This document shows, one piece after another, positions 28,268 through 38,221 of a stretch of 64,000 bases of DNA. Under the pieces are notes generated by a model that did no database searches, was not told the origin of the DNA, and worked only from the letters and a program-made list of their open reading frames with translations. Both the position numbers and the translations under genes were made by a program. This DNA is from a virus. Within the stretch, counting starts at the first letter, position 1, and the number at the start of each line of letters is the position of its first letter. The stretch lies in IMG/VR virus record IMGVR_UViG_3300020179_002092, positions 1-64,000 of that record; one strand, given 5' to 3'.

Positions 28268-28558
28268 ATGATATATTTTTGTTGCTCTCTACAAAACCCT
28301 TGGCATAAGAGGTGGGTAGGACACATCCGAACTTGGTCTGGTGCAGTGAGAGGAACCAAGCATAAATTTTGGGAAATACAATTTGGACGTTTTAATTATT
28401 TTTTAAGAACGGAACTCAACATGACCACAAAAGAAGATCATGCTGGTGTAGAATTTGAAGTTGGGTTTTTGAGCTATTTTCTAAATTTTCATGTCTATGA
28501 TCACAGACACTGGAATGACTTTGACAACTGTTTTCATGATGTAAATCATCGTGTCTAA
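28268..28558 (+). CDS. phage hypothetical protein
   Basis: ORF; DHAG..YDHRHW motif. Confidence 0.65.
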   Translation: MIYFCCSLQNPWHKRWVGHIRTWSGAVRGTKHKFWEIQFGRFNYFLRTELNMTTKEDHAGVEFEVGFLSYFLNFHVYDHRHWNDFDNCFHDVNHRV

Positions 28559-28607
28559 AATTATAGTAGGGTAATTTTATGAAAAAAAATTGTGATTAAT
28601 GAATGTT

Positions 28608-29069
28608 ATGATAGATAGTCGTCAAAAAGGCGCGCGTACAGAAACACTAGCACGCGATGTTTTACGTAAACATACTGGTTTAAATTGGGAACGAGTGCCT
28701 GGAAGTGGAGCACTTGATCCTAAACATCAACTCAAAGGTGATCTTTACGTGCCTGGTAGTAATAACAAGTTTTGTATAGAGGTAAAAGGTTATGCAGAGG
28801 ATCATATTAACAGTGGACTACTAACGCATAAAACTCCGCAGCTAATAGAATGGTGGCAACAGACTGATCGACAAGCACGTCAAGTAGGTAAACTACCACT
28901 ACTTATATTCAAATATGATCGAAGTAAACTATTTGTAGCTACAGTAGAATACAACCTTGACATGTTAGATAATCGTTGGATCTTATACAGCAATGGTGAA
29001 GATTACGAGTTTTATATTCTATTATTAGAAGATTGGCTTAGTGGATCCACAGTTAAATTTATATCTTGA
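28608..29069 (+). CDS. T5 D14-like PD-(D/E)xK nuclease / Holliday junction resolvase
   Basis: DSRQKGARTE, RVPGSGA, KGD, IEVK, WWQQ. Confidence 0.87.
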   Translation: MIDSRQKGARTETLARDVLRKHTGLNWERVPGSGALDPKHQLKGDLYVPGSNNKFCIEVKGYAEDHINSGLLTHKTPQLIEWWQQTDRQARQVGKLPLLIFKYDRSKLFVATVEYNLDMLDNRWILYSNGEDYEFYILLLEDWLSGSTVKFIS

Positions 29070-29094
29070 TTTTATGTTTCAACTGTGTTATAAT
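29066..29094 (+). promoter_or_regulatory. sigma70 promoter
   Basis: TTGATT-17-TATAAT, extended -10 TG. Confidence 0.75.
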
Positions 29095-29119
29095 AATAGA
29101 TTAAACCTTAAAAAACGAT

Positions 29120-29956
29120 ATGAAACCTTTTACACAATTTGAAACAACTGAAAAAGTATTAATGATAGTTGATGCACTTAATCTTGCTTTTCGCTATAAA
29201 CATAGTGGGACTAGAAATTTTGCAGAAGATTATATACGAACAATTGAAAGTCTAAAAAAGAGCTATAAAGCTCAGTGGGTTATCATTGCTGCAGATCAAG
29301 GATCTAGCAGTTATAGAAAAAATATTTATCCATTTTACAAACAAAATCGCAAGGATAAGTATGATCAGCAAACTGATGAAGAGCGTCTAGAATTTGAATT
29401 ATTTTTTGAAGATTTTACTCAAACCTTAGAACTACTTGCTGAACGTTATCCAGTACTACGTTTTCAAGGCGTTGAGGCTGATGATATTGCAGCATACGTT
29501 GTTAGCAAAAAACGACAGTTAAAAGTCAATGAAATATGGTTGATAAGCAGTGATAAAGACTGGGATCTACTAGTTAAACCAGAAGTAAGCAGATTTAGTT
29601 ATGTTACTAGAAAAGAAGTTACTTGGGAAAATTGGAATGATTATTACTCCTTTGAACCTGAACAATATATTTCGATTAAGTGTCTTATGGGTGATAGTGG
29701 TGATAATATTCCTGGTGTTCCTGGTGTAGGACCTAAACGCGCTCAACAACTTGTTGAAGAGTATGGTACTGCCTGGGATATTATTAACAGTATTCCCATA
29801 CAAGGTCGTTATAAATATATTCAAGCAATTAATGACTGTAAAGAACAATTAGAACTTAATTATCAATTAATGGATCTTGTTACTTATTGTAGGGATGCTA
29901 TTAACCCAGAAAATTGTAGTGAAATTAATCAAATATTAGAGTTAACCATTAAATGA
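29120..29956 (+). CDS. 5'-3' exonuclease / flap endonuclease (T5 D15)
   Basis: VDALNLAFR, YKQNR, GVEADD, SSDKDWD, GDSGDNIPGVPGVGPKRA. Confidence 0.95.
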   Translation: MKPFTQFETTEKVLMIVDALNLAFRYKHSGTRNFAEDYIRTIESLKKSYKAQWVIIAADQGSSSYRKNIYPFYKQNRKDKYDQQTDEERLEFELFFEDFTQTLELLAERYPVLRFQGVEADDIAAYVVSKKRQLKVNEIWLISSDKDWDLLVKPEVSRFSYVTRKEVTWENWNDYYSFEPEQYISIKCLMGDSGDNIPGVPGVGPKRAQQLVEEYGTAWDIINSIPIQGRYKYIQAINDCKEQLELNYQLMDLVTYCRDAINPENCSEINQILELTIK

Positions 29957-30438
29957 AAAAAAATATAGAATTTTTTAATATTAACAAAACTTATGACCAC
30001 AATTGTGATGTACAGATTAAGCAAATAGTAGAGTGTCGTGTAAATAATGCTGCCTACTTACCAAAACGTGCTAATCCTACAGACGCAGGAGCAGATTTAC
30101 GCAGCACTGAAAAGTGTGATCTCTATCCTGGCGAAACAAAACTCTTAGATAGTGGTGTAGCCATTAAAATTCCACAGGGTTATGGCGGGTTCGTCTTTAA
30201 CAGATCGGGACAAGGCTCAAAGGGAATTATTGTGCTTAACGGCGTAGGCGTTATTGACAGTGATTACCGTGGAAATATAAAAATTGCATTAAAAAATATT
30301 AGTGAAAATAGATATACCATAGAAGTTGGTGATAGAATTGCGCAGCTGGTTATACTACCAGTTATACTTTGCGATTTTGTAGACAGCTGGAATGACACAG
30401 AACGTGGTACCGGAGGGTTTGGTAGCACAGGAAAATAG
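29953..30438 (+). CDS. dut: trimeric dUTPase
   Basis: AGADL, RSG, GVIDSDYRG, RIAQL, RGTGGFGSTG. Confidence 0.96.
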   Translation: MKKNIEFFNINKTYDHNCDVQIKQIVECRVNNAAYLPKRANPTDAGADLRSTEKCDLYPGETKLLDSGVAIKIPQGYGGFVFNRSGQGSKGIIVLNGVGVIDSDYRGNIKIALKNISENRYTIEVGDRIAQLVILPVILCDFVDSWNDTERGTGGFGSTGK

Positions 30439-30446
30439 GAGAAATT

Positions 30447-32411
30447 ATGCAAGTAAGCACACGCGCTCAAGTTATCACTAGAAGAACGTATAACAGACCT
30501 ACTAGTGATGACGGTAAACAATTTGAAACATGGACACAAACAATTCGTCGAGTACGTGAACATCAACACTGGTTGTGGAAACGCAGTGTAGATCGTCAAC
30601 TATATTCTAATGAAATAGAAGAATTAGAAGAACTAGAACAATTGATGCTAGCTAGAAAAGTATTAATGAGTGGGCGTACACTTTGGCTAGGTGGTACAAC
30701 AGTAGCACAAACACGCGAAGCATCACAGTTTAATTGTAGTTTTACACAAGTAGAAACAGTATATGATGTAGTTGATGTTTTATGGTTATTATTGCAAGGT
30801 GCAGGAGTAGGATTTAAACCTATTGTAGGTACTCTAAATGGATTCTCAAAACCTATCAAAGACATTAAGATTGTTAAAAGTCAGCGTACTAGTAAGGGTG
30901 GACTTGAACATAATGTTGAAACTTGGGATGCAGATACAAAAACTTGGACAATACAAGTTGGAGACAGTGCAGAAGCTTGGGCTAAATCTATAGGTAAGCT
31001 ACTTGCTGGCAAGTATCCTGCTAACACTCTTGTGCTCGATTTTAGTCAATTAAGACCTGCTGGAGAAAGGTTAAAAGGTTATGGATGGATTAGCAGTGGT
31101 GACAGTGCTATATCAAAAGCTTATGTTGCAATTGCCAACATACTTAATGGTAGGGCTGATAGTCTTCTTTCTAGGATGGATATTCTTGATATTGTCAATC
31201 ATCTCGGAACAATATTATCCAGTCGTAGAAGTGCTGAAATCGCGCTTTTTGACTATGGTCAGCCGGAGTGGGAAGAATTTGCAGTAGCTAAAAAAGACTT
31301 TTGGTTGTATGCGCGTGAACATCGTCAGCAATCAAATAACAGCTTAGTATTTAAGGAAAAACCTAGTCGTCAAGAACTAAAACATATATTCAGTCTTATG
31401 CAAGAAGCTGGTGGTAGCGAGCCAGGGTTTATTAATGAACAAGAAGCTCTTAGACGTGCTCCGTGGTTTAAAGGAGCAAATCCTTGTGTGGAAATACTTT
31501 TAGGCAACAAAAGTTTTTGTAATCTTACAGAAACAGACATTTCTAAATTTAGAGGAAATAACGCAGAATTACATGATGCAATTAGATTAGCTGCTAGAGC
31601 AAACTATCGTCAGACTTGTGTTAATCTTAAAGACGGTATTTTACAAGAAGCGTGGCATCTTAATAACTATTTTTTACGTCTTTGCGGAGTTGGTTTAACA
31701 GGTATTGCAATGCGTCCTGATATGCATAGTTATGATTATGAATATTTAAAACGAACTGCAACAGCAGCAGCTATTAGTATGGCAGATGAACTAGGATTAC
31801 CACGTCCTAAGAATATTACTACAATTAAGCCATCGGGTACATTAAGCAAAATTATGGACTGTACAGAAGGTGTACACAAACCACTAGGCAAGTACATTTT
31901 TAATAACGTACAATTTGGAATTCATGACCCATTAATTCCAATATTACGAGCTGCTAATTATAAAGTTATCAATCATCCTACAGATCCTAGCGGAGTATTA
32001 GTAACATTTCCTGTAGAGTGGAAAGATGTGCAGTTTGATAAAGATAGTGGTAAAGAAGTTAATCTTGAAACAGCAATTCAACAACTAGAACGATACAAAA
32101 TGTTACAAACTAGTTGGACGCAACAAAACACATCGGTAACTATTAGCTATGATGTTAATGAAGTGTCAGAAATTATAGATTGGTTATTAAATAACTGGGA
32201 TTGCTATGTAGGAGTTAGTTTTATCTATAGAACTGATCCCACAAAAACAGCTAAAGATTTAGGGTATCTTTACTTACCACAAGAAGTAGTAGATGAATAT
32301 ACATTTAGAAGTTATATGCAAGACTTAAAACCAATTAATGTAGATAGTGCTAATAGTTTTGACGAATTATTAGATGATGAATGTATAACTGGAGTATGTC
32401 CTGTAAAATAA
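30447..32411 (+). CDS. nrdJ: class II (B12-dependent) monomeric ribonucleotide reductase
   Basis: RRTYNRP, FNC, GVGF, RRSAEI, NPCVEI, CNLTE, KPSGT, C-terminal CxxxxCP. Confidence 0.92.
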   Translation: MQVSTRAQVITRRTYNRPTSDDGKQFETWTQTIRRVREHQHWLWKRSVDRQLYSNEIEELEELEQLMLARKVLMSGRTLWLGGTTVAQTREASQFNCSFTQVETVYDVVDVLWLLLQGAGVGFKPIVGTLNGFSKPIKDIKIVKSQRTSKGGLEHNVETWDADTKTWTIQVGDSAEAWAKSIGKLLAGKYPANTLVLDFSQLRPAGERLKGYGWISSGDSAISKAYVAIANILNGRADSLLSRMDILDIVNHLGTILSSRRSAEIALFDYGQPEWEEFAVAKKDFWLYAREHRQQSNNSLVFKEKPSRQELKHIFSLMQEAGGSEPGFINEQEALRRAPWFKGANPCVEILLGNKSFCNLTETDISKFRGNNAELHDAIRLAARANYRQTCVNLKDGILQEAWHLNNYFLRLCGVGLTGIAMRPDMHSYDYEYLKRTATAAAISMADELGLPRPKNITTIKPSGTLSKIMDCTEGVHKPLGKYIFNNVQFGIHDPLIPILRAANYKVINHPTDPSGVLVTFPVEWKDVQFDKDSGKEVNLETAIQQLERYKMLQTSWTQQNTSVTISYDVNEVSEIIDWLLNNWDCYVGVSFIYRTDPTKTAKDLGYLYLPQEVVDEYTFRSYMQDLKPINVDSANSFDELLDDECITGVCPVK

Positions 32412-32432
32412 AACAAAAAGTTTATAGGTAAT

Positions 32433-32467
32433 AAAAAAGCCCACTAGAATGTTCTACTGGGCTTTTT
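32433..32467. terminator. bidirectional terminator at convergence of the two transcription blocks
   Basis: aaaaaagccca..tgggcttttt. Confidence 0.85.
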
Positions 32468-32471
32468 GTAT

Positions 32472-33116
32472 TTATAAACTTAGTGGCGTGTCATAATTAT
32501 TATCTTCATCATCTATACTATTATCATCATCATACATACTATCTAGTTGACTAAATACTTCTACTAGTATATCACGATAAGGTTGATCTACTTTGCATAG
32601 GTCTAATAAATAAATATCTAAGTGATCATTACGTAATAATTCTGCATGATACATAAATTGACCAAATGCTTCTAAGTCTTCACTAATATTAGTATTAGCA
32701 TAATTTTCTAATATTTGTGCTGCCATCATACGTAGTGGTTTACTAATCATGCCTTTTTGAGCAATATGTACTAATTGAAGTGCTTTTCCTTCACGCTCGC
32801 GCATAATTTGATTTCGTTTTGCTGTACTCCAACTATAACCACCGTCGCCGCCCCACAAATCCCAAGCTACCCTACCTTTACTAGGAAAGCCTTCTTGTCC
32901 ACTATAAAATCCTGTTGCCTGTTTGTCTACTTCATGACGGCTAAAAAAACTGTACATACGTAGTACTACACTCGCTGATAGTGGATCGCGATCTTTTAAT
33001 TGATTAGCTCTGGCTAAGCCAACAAGTGTACCACCGGCTTTTCCTTCACTTTTCCACTTTAGTGCTCTCTTGGCCGCACTAGCCATACCACTTGTTGGTT
33101 TATATGTTTTAGCCAT
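32472..33116 (-). CDS. phage hypothetical protein (possibly head-associated)
   Basis: GGTLVGLARANQL..RMYSFFSRHE..AWDLWGG pattern. Confidence 0.65.
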   Translation of the reverse strand: MAKTYKPTSGMASAAKRALKWKSEGKAGGTLVGLARANQLKDRDPLSASVVLRMYSFFSRHEVDKQATGFYSGQEGFPSKGRVAWDLWGGDGGYSWSTAKRNQIMREREGKALQLVHIAQKGMISKPLRMMAAQILENYANTNISEDLEAFGQFMYHAELLRNDHLDIYLLDLCKVDQPYRDILVEVFSQLDSMYDDDNSIDDEDNNYDTPLSL

Positions 33117-33808
33117 TACAGCTCCTGTTTATATGCTAAAATTATTTGTTTACATAGTTTACTACGTACAATATCTTCATCACGAAATCTAACGACTTCA
33201 ATACCTTCAATATGTTCTAGTCTAGTACTGGCGTCTAAGAGCCCACTGTTGTGAATATCGCTTTGCTCGTAATCTCCGTTAATTATTATTTTACAGTTTC
33301 TCCCAATGCGTGATAAGATCATTTTCATCTCATCCTTACTAGCGTTTTGTGCTTCGTCGAGTAAGACTATGCAATCATCAAATGTTAGTCCACGCATAAA
33401 TCCCAGCGGTTTAGGTACTATTTGATTTTTATTTACTGCATACTCATAGAACCCCTGTCCTAGACTATTGCTAAAGATTTGATCAAATGGTTCTAAGTAG
33501 GGAGCATATTTTTCTTCTAATGTACCAGGTAAAAATCCAAGTCCACGTCCAGTTTCTATATTAGGTCTTGTTAATATAATTTTTTGTATGCGGCGATGAA
33601 ATAATTCACCGGCTGCATAAGTTGCTGCAATATAAGTTTTACCAGTGCCTGCACTACCTATACCAAAAATTATGTTATTTTCATGTATAGCTCGTAAATA
33701 TTCTTCTTGAATGTAGTTTAATGGTTTTACATTTTCAAAGCCTATTTCTAGAGAAACAACATTATTACATTGTACGCTGCGTAATTTTTTAGCACTGCTT
33801 TTAGCCAT
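33116..33808 (-). CDS. phoH: PhoH-family ATPase
   Basis: GSAGTGKT, LGFLPGTLEEK, FMRG, DEAQN, GD..QSD, DIVRS. Confidence 0.95.
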   Translation of the reverse strand: MAKSSAKKLRSVQCNNVVSLEIGFENVKPLNYIQEEYLRAIHENNIIFGIGSAGTGKTYIAATYAAGELFHRRIQKIILTRPNIETGRGLGFLPGTLEEKYAPYLEPFDQIFSNSLGQGFYEYAVNKNQIVPKPLGFMRGLTFDDCIVLLDEAQNASKDEMKMILSRIGRNCKIIINGDYEQSDIHNSGLLDASTRLEHIEGIEVVRFRDEDIVRSKLCKQIILAYKQEL

Positions 33809-33836
33809 ACTTATATCCTATAAGTTTAGAGACTGT

Positions 33837-34142
33837 TTATAGCTCTCTATTATCTTGTTGAGGTATTTTATTTCCTAATATTTTACTTCTAGTAGTATAT
33901 GTACTTTCTCCTTGTTGATAGTTTGTAGTTTTGCTAGTAAATTTTTCAGCAACAGTTACTCCTAAACCAGCCATAGTAATATACACCATTCCCTCAAACA
34001 TATATGTTTCTACAGTTTTGTTAAAAAATAAGTTTGAAATAAAAGCTATACTACATAGTATAAATGCTAAAAAAGTTATTAGTCGCTTGCTGCTTAAACT
34101 GCCATTTTCACCATCTTCAAATAGTGTAGCTAGCCGACGCAT
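33837..34142 (-). CDS. putative holin
   Basis: Two TM helices (SSKRLITFLAF..), adjacent to endolysin. Confidence 0.65.
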   Translation of the reverse strand: MRRLATLFEDGENGSLSSKRLITFLAFILCSIAFISNLFFNKTVETYMFEGMVYITMAGLGVTVAEKFTSKTTNYQQGESTYTTRSKILGNKIPQQDNREL

Positions 34143-34144
34143 AA

Positions 34145-34756
34145 TTAACTTAATATATTTATAATATGATTGTAGTGATTTAATCTGTCTTCTAATCCGT
34201 TTGTACCACCATTAATTCGTTTAGTTAAAGTAACTATGTCAGCTACATCTGCAAATCTATTAAGATTGTTAGTTTTCCAAAACCAACAACTACATTCTAC
34301 AGCACCTTCAAAAGTTTCCATGTACTCTGACGCTTCTTCGGCACTAATATCTAAACTACTAGCAAATTCTGTATAGTTATTACGTCCAGTTAACTGTATT
34401 AATCCACGACCACAAAAAAGCCAACCGTCTCCACTTTCTTCAGAACCATTGCCCATGCGGTTGGCATACACACGATTAGCAATTTTTTCCGGCTGACGTT
34501 CATACTGTTGTGCTAATGCATCTGTAGGAAAATATTTGGGAAAAGTTTTGCGCAGGCTTTGCCAGCGATAGTTTAAGTTTTCCTTAAAAAATTTAAAATT
34601 ACCACTTTCGTGTGCACACTGTGCTAAAAAAGCAGCTACTCTTAATTTGGTATCAATTTTATAGCACGGAAATAATTTTTCAAAACATTCATACCAATTT
34701 TTAACGTGCAAATTATTGGGTATAATGTCTTGCAATTGTTGTTGTGTAAAAATCAT
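34145..34756 (-). CDS. GH19 endolysin
   Basis: FLAQCAHESG, ENLNY, GRGLIQLTGRNNY, TKRINGG. Confidence 0.93.
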   Translation of the reverse strand: MIFTQQQLQDIIPNNLHVKNWYECFEKLFPCYKIDTKLRVAAFLAQCAHESGNFKFFKENLNYRWQSLRKTFPKYFPTDALAQQYERQPEKIANRVYANRMGNGSEESGDGWLFCGRGLIQLTGRNNYTEFASSLDISAEEASEYMETFEGAVECSCWFWKTNNLNRFADVADIVTLTKRINGGTNGLEDRLNHYNHIINILS

Positions 34757-35025
34757 TACTGCTCCTTATTTTTCCAGTGATTATTGTACCAGGTAATCCA
34801 ACTGTCTACTTTAGCTTTACAAAGATGCCACTTTAAATAATTTTGTTCTACATTACTTACTAATTCAGGCATACCATCGCCTACTTTTAATAATTCTAAT
34901 GGCTCACATGGTGCTAAATAAACTTGTCTTTCCTTTTCTGGTAATACTGGCCAAGGTTTTCCTATAGAAAAAGTTTGACATCCGGTTAATACAAATACTG
35001 TAGTTAAAAGTAATATAAATTTCAT
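34756..35025 (-). CDS. o-spanin (Rz1-like lipoprotein)
   Basis: Signal peptide with LTGC lipobox, Pro/Cys pattern. Confidence 0.8.
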   Translation of the reverse strand: MKFILLLTTVFVLTGCQTFSIGKPWPVLPEKERQVYLAPCEPLELLKVGDGMPELVSNVEQNYLKWHLCKAKVDSWITWYNNHWKNKEQ

Positions 35026-35609
35026 TTTTTAACACCAGTTTCAGTAGGATTTTGCGCGATATTATTTAGCCTATTTATATATAATTCAGGTACTACAGGA
35101 CAATTTTTTTGAAAGTTTATTGCATCCTGCATATCTCTATTTATTTTTTCACGATCTATTGCACTTAACGCTTCATACTTAGCTTTTGCAGCTTGATCAA
35201 AACTATTAATAATATTTTGTACCGTAGCATCCTTAGCTTTGATAGCTAGAGCAAAATTATCGCTTTGACGTTTTAATTGCGTGGCACTATCTTTTATAAC
35301 AGCCATCTTTGCTGCAGTTTCTTCACCTAATTTAGCATTTAATAGTTCTTGTTCTTTTATAGCTAAATTATACCGCTCTTGCTCTACGCGTAATTTTTCT
35401 TGCCAACTATTTTCGTTAAAAACTACGCCAGTAATAAATATACTTATTACGAATATAGCTAAACTACCTATTTGAATAGGTAGTTTATATAATTTTAACA
35501 GAGGTATAGGAATAAATCGTAAAAAATTACTAGCTATATATACAGTAGCGCTTAATACTGCTAATCCTATCCACGTATAAACAGGAATAAAATTTAATAT
35601 AAACATCAT
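35022..35609 (-). CDS. i-spanin (Rz-like)
   Basis: N-terminal TMs, coiled coil, Cys near C-terminus, overlaps o-spanin. Confidence 0.75.
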   Translation of the reverse strand: MMFILNFIPVYTWIGLAVLSATVYIASNFLRFIPIPLLKLYKLPIQIGSLAIFVISIFITGVVFNENSWQEKLRVEQERYNLAIKEQELLNAKLGEETAAKMAVIKDSATQLKRQSDNFALAIKAKDATVQNIINSFDQAAKAKYEALSAIDREKINRDMQDAINFQKNCPVVPELYINRLNNIAQNPTETGVKK

Positions 35610-35611
35610 AA

Positions 35612-38209
35612 TTAGTATGCCCAAGCTTCATTAATACTTAATTCAAATGGAGTTACTTTTTCGCTGCGCACATTTAATAAAATACTAGTTTTTAAACCAC
35701 TACTTGAATTAATAAAAAATAATTCTCTTTGATTTTCTATTTCACCAGGACCTGTATTAGTTTTAAGTTTTTCGTTTCCTATAATATGTCTAGTAATAGT
35801 TAATATATTTTTATTTCCAAGAGGATCACTAGAATTATTAAATGCTAAAGATTGTGCATATTTTTCTTCACTTAAATGTGGATTTATTAAATAACTTGCT
35901 TTGTCTATATTTGGATCTTTTAAAGATTTCAATCTTAAATGTAATTCGTAAACTTCTAGTTCATTTAAAATTTTATCCATAATACCTGCTTGAGCTAAAA
36001 ATCCTGGTGCAGCATGCTTAGTAGTAGTATTCTTAACTTTACTATTCATAGCACCAATTTTATCAATTAACCAACTTTGATATGCTAAATTTAAAGTAGC
36101 TACTAAAATACCTTCTACATAGTACTTAGTAATTCCTCTAGATTGTTTGGTTAAATTTTTAAATATTTTAAAAGGTCCCATAGGCACAGTAGTACTTTCA
36201 GAGTCTACAGGGTTCCATCTACCTTCTACTTCTGCAGAAGTATCACTTAGTACTTTCGTAATTACTTTTACTTGAGCAGGACCAGTACCTGGCGCTCCAT
36301 TATCTGGTTGATTAGTTGGTAAAAATCTTTGATTAAACCCAAAGCCAACAAAATCTTTGTTAATTATTTTGTCACCAACTTTTAAATCTCGTAAAAATTT
36401 AGTTCCTACTCCATTTAATAAGGATTTTGCTGCTACAGCAGGTTGACTAGTAGTGGCAGTTATAGCAGGAAGATTTTGAGTCCAGCAAGTTCCTTCAATG
36501 TCCGGACCTTCTGATTCTGAAGTAACTATAAGAGTTTGCCAATCAGATAAAAATCCTATAACAGGAGGGTTAGAGCGTTCTTCAATAACACTATCATAAT
36601 TTACTATATTAAACTTACCTGAAACAGCAGTAGTTGAATATACAGAACTAGCAGGATCAGGCCATTTAGTAGTTTTTCCAATAATAATTTCTAATATATT
36701 ACTATTATTAGTTGTGTCTAAGTGTACAACATTTTCACTTGTTAAATAACCTTTGTTAGGTGGCGGAGCCGGAGGCGGTGGATTAATACCTCTAGTGCCT
36801 ACATCATTATCAGTAGCAACAAATAATGATTTATTAGCTAATACAGTGCTTACACCTTGAGTTCTAGGTTTCCATAAATAAAATCTAGTATTATGTTTTT
36901 TTATTTCTACTGCGGGTGATAGACCACCAGCAATACTTTTAGCTTGTAATGCTGTTGGTTGTTGATATACTTGTGTATTTACATTTTTAATTTTAATGAC
37001 TTCATACGTTCCACCACTAAGATCTAAATATCTAAAATTTGGCGAATCTATTTGTACCTTTAAAGGTCCCCAAGATACGTTTGTTTGTAGATCAAAAAGA
37101 GCAGTCCAACGTCTATTATTATCATAATAATCTCGAACATCAAATGCCCCATTTGCAGTACTGTCTATTTTTAATAAACTAACTCCATTGTTTGCATCTA
37201 AATAAGTTTTAAATGCAGTAGCACTAAAGTTTTTTATACTATTTATATAATATTTACTAGATATGTTAATAACATTGGGACTAAATCTAGGATTATCTAA
37301 ATCATCTACATCATAAATTTTTTCTGATCGAATATCTAGTCTAAATCCATCAACTATAATTTTCTTTATAGCATTTATAAAAATTATTTCCTGGTTAGTG
37401 CCTTCTTTTTTAGAATTCTCTGTTCTTTTTATTTCGCTTTCAATAACAGTTCTATCTACAACAATATTGATAGTTTTAGTTATACCGCTACTAATTATTA
37501 ATTTATCATTAACGGCAATAGTTTCTATTTCTTTATTAAAATTACCACTAGTACCTATAAAATTATCAGTAATTATAACTGGTGTAGAACTAGCAACTGT
37601 AGGACCTACTATACTATCACTCTTTAATAATATAATTACAGTTTCAGAACCTTCTAATACTAAATCCCCAATTAAAGTTAGTGTTAAACTAGCTGTACCA
37701 GAACTATTTACATAAATTACTCCAGAATTAGTAAATTCAACAAAATCAACAGCACTTGTGTTTCCTGTATTTATCCAAAATAGTGGAGTACCAGTAGCAA
37801 CATTTGTAGTAGTAATATTCCATGTTATACTACTTCCTTCGACTACAGTTGTAGTCGAAGGAAATATTGTATAAGTTTTTTCAGTAGAAGTATCAGCAAC
37901 ATTAACAGTAGATGCAGTAGCAACCAAAGTTCCCAGTAAACTATTTGTATATAGCCTAATAATTATTGTTTCTACCCCTGCCTCTGAAGTAAAATCTTCA
38001 GCTATAGTAATAGGTAAAATTGCAAAATTATTATTTATTACTACAGAACCACTATTAGATCCGCTAGTAAAATCAGCTCCTGTTGTTGTTCCTACATTTT
38101 CCCAAAATAACTGAGTTCCATTTGCAACACCAGTTGTAATAATAGTCCATGTAATTGAACCACCCTCATTAACTGAACTAGAATTAGGATTAATACTATA
38201 TGTTGCCAT
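35612..38209 (-). CDS. virion structural protein with two N-terminal Calx-beta/Ig-like domains
   Basis: Repeated SVNEGGSITW..ADF..D..E.ETIII; GVGTKF..LKVGD motif. Confidence 0.7.
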   Translation of the reverse strand: MATYSINPNSSSVNEGGSITWTIITTGVANGTQLFWENVGTTTGADFTSGSNSGSVVINNNFAILPITIAEDFTSEAGVETIIIRLYTNSLLGTLVATASTVNVADTSTEKTYTIFPSTTTVVEGSSITWNITTTNVATGTPLFWINTGNTSAVDFVEFTNSGVIYVNSSGTASLTLTLIGDLVLEGSETVIILLKSDSIVGPTVASSTPVIITDNFIGTSGNFNKEIETIAVNDKLIISSGITKTINIVVDRTVIESEIKRTENSKKEGTNQEIIFINAIKKIIVDGFRLDIRSEKIYDVDDLDNPRFSPNVINISSKYYINSIKNFSATAFKTYLDANNGVSLLKIDSTANGAFDVRDYYDNNRRWTALFDLQTNVSWGPLKVQIDSPNFRYLDLSGGTYEVIKIKNVNTQVYQQPTALQAKSIAGGLSPAVEIKKHNTRFYLWKPRTQGVSTVLANKSLFVATDNDVGTRGINPPPPAPPPNKGYLTSENVVHLDTTNNSNILEIIIGKTTKWPDPASSVYSTTAVSGKFNIVNYDSVIEERSNPPVIGFLSDWQTLIVTSESEGPDIEGTCWTQNLPAITATTSQPAVAAKSLLNGVGTKFLRDLKVGDKIINKDFVGFGFNQRFLPTNQPDNGAPGTGPAQVKVITKVLSDTSAEVEGRWNPVDSESTTVPMGPFKIFKNLTKQSRGITKYYVEGILVATLNLAYQSWLIDKIGAMNSKVKNTTTKHAAPGFLAQAGIMDKILNELEVYELHLRLKSLKDPNIDKASYLINPHLSEEKYAQSLAFNNSSDPLGNKNILTITRHIIGNEKLKTNTGPGEIENQRELFFINSSSGLKTSILLNVRSEKVTPFELSINEAWAY

Positions 38210-38221
38210 TATTTATCCCTG

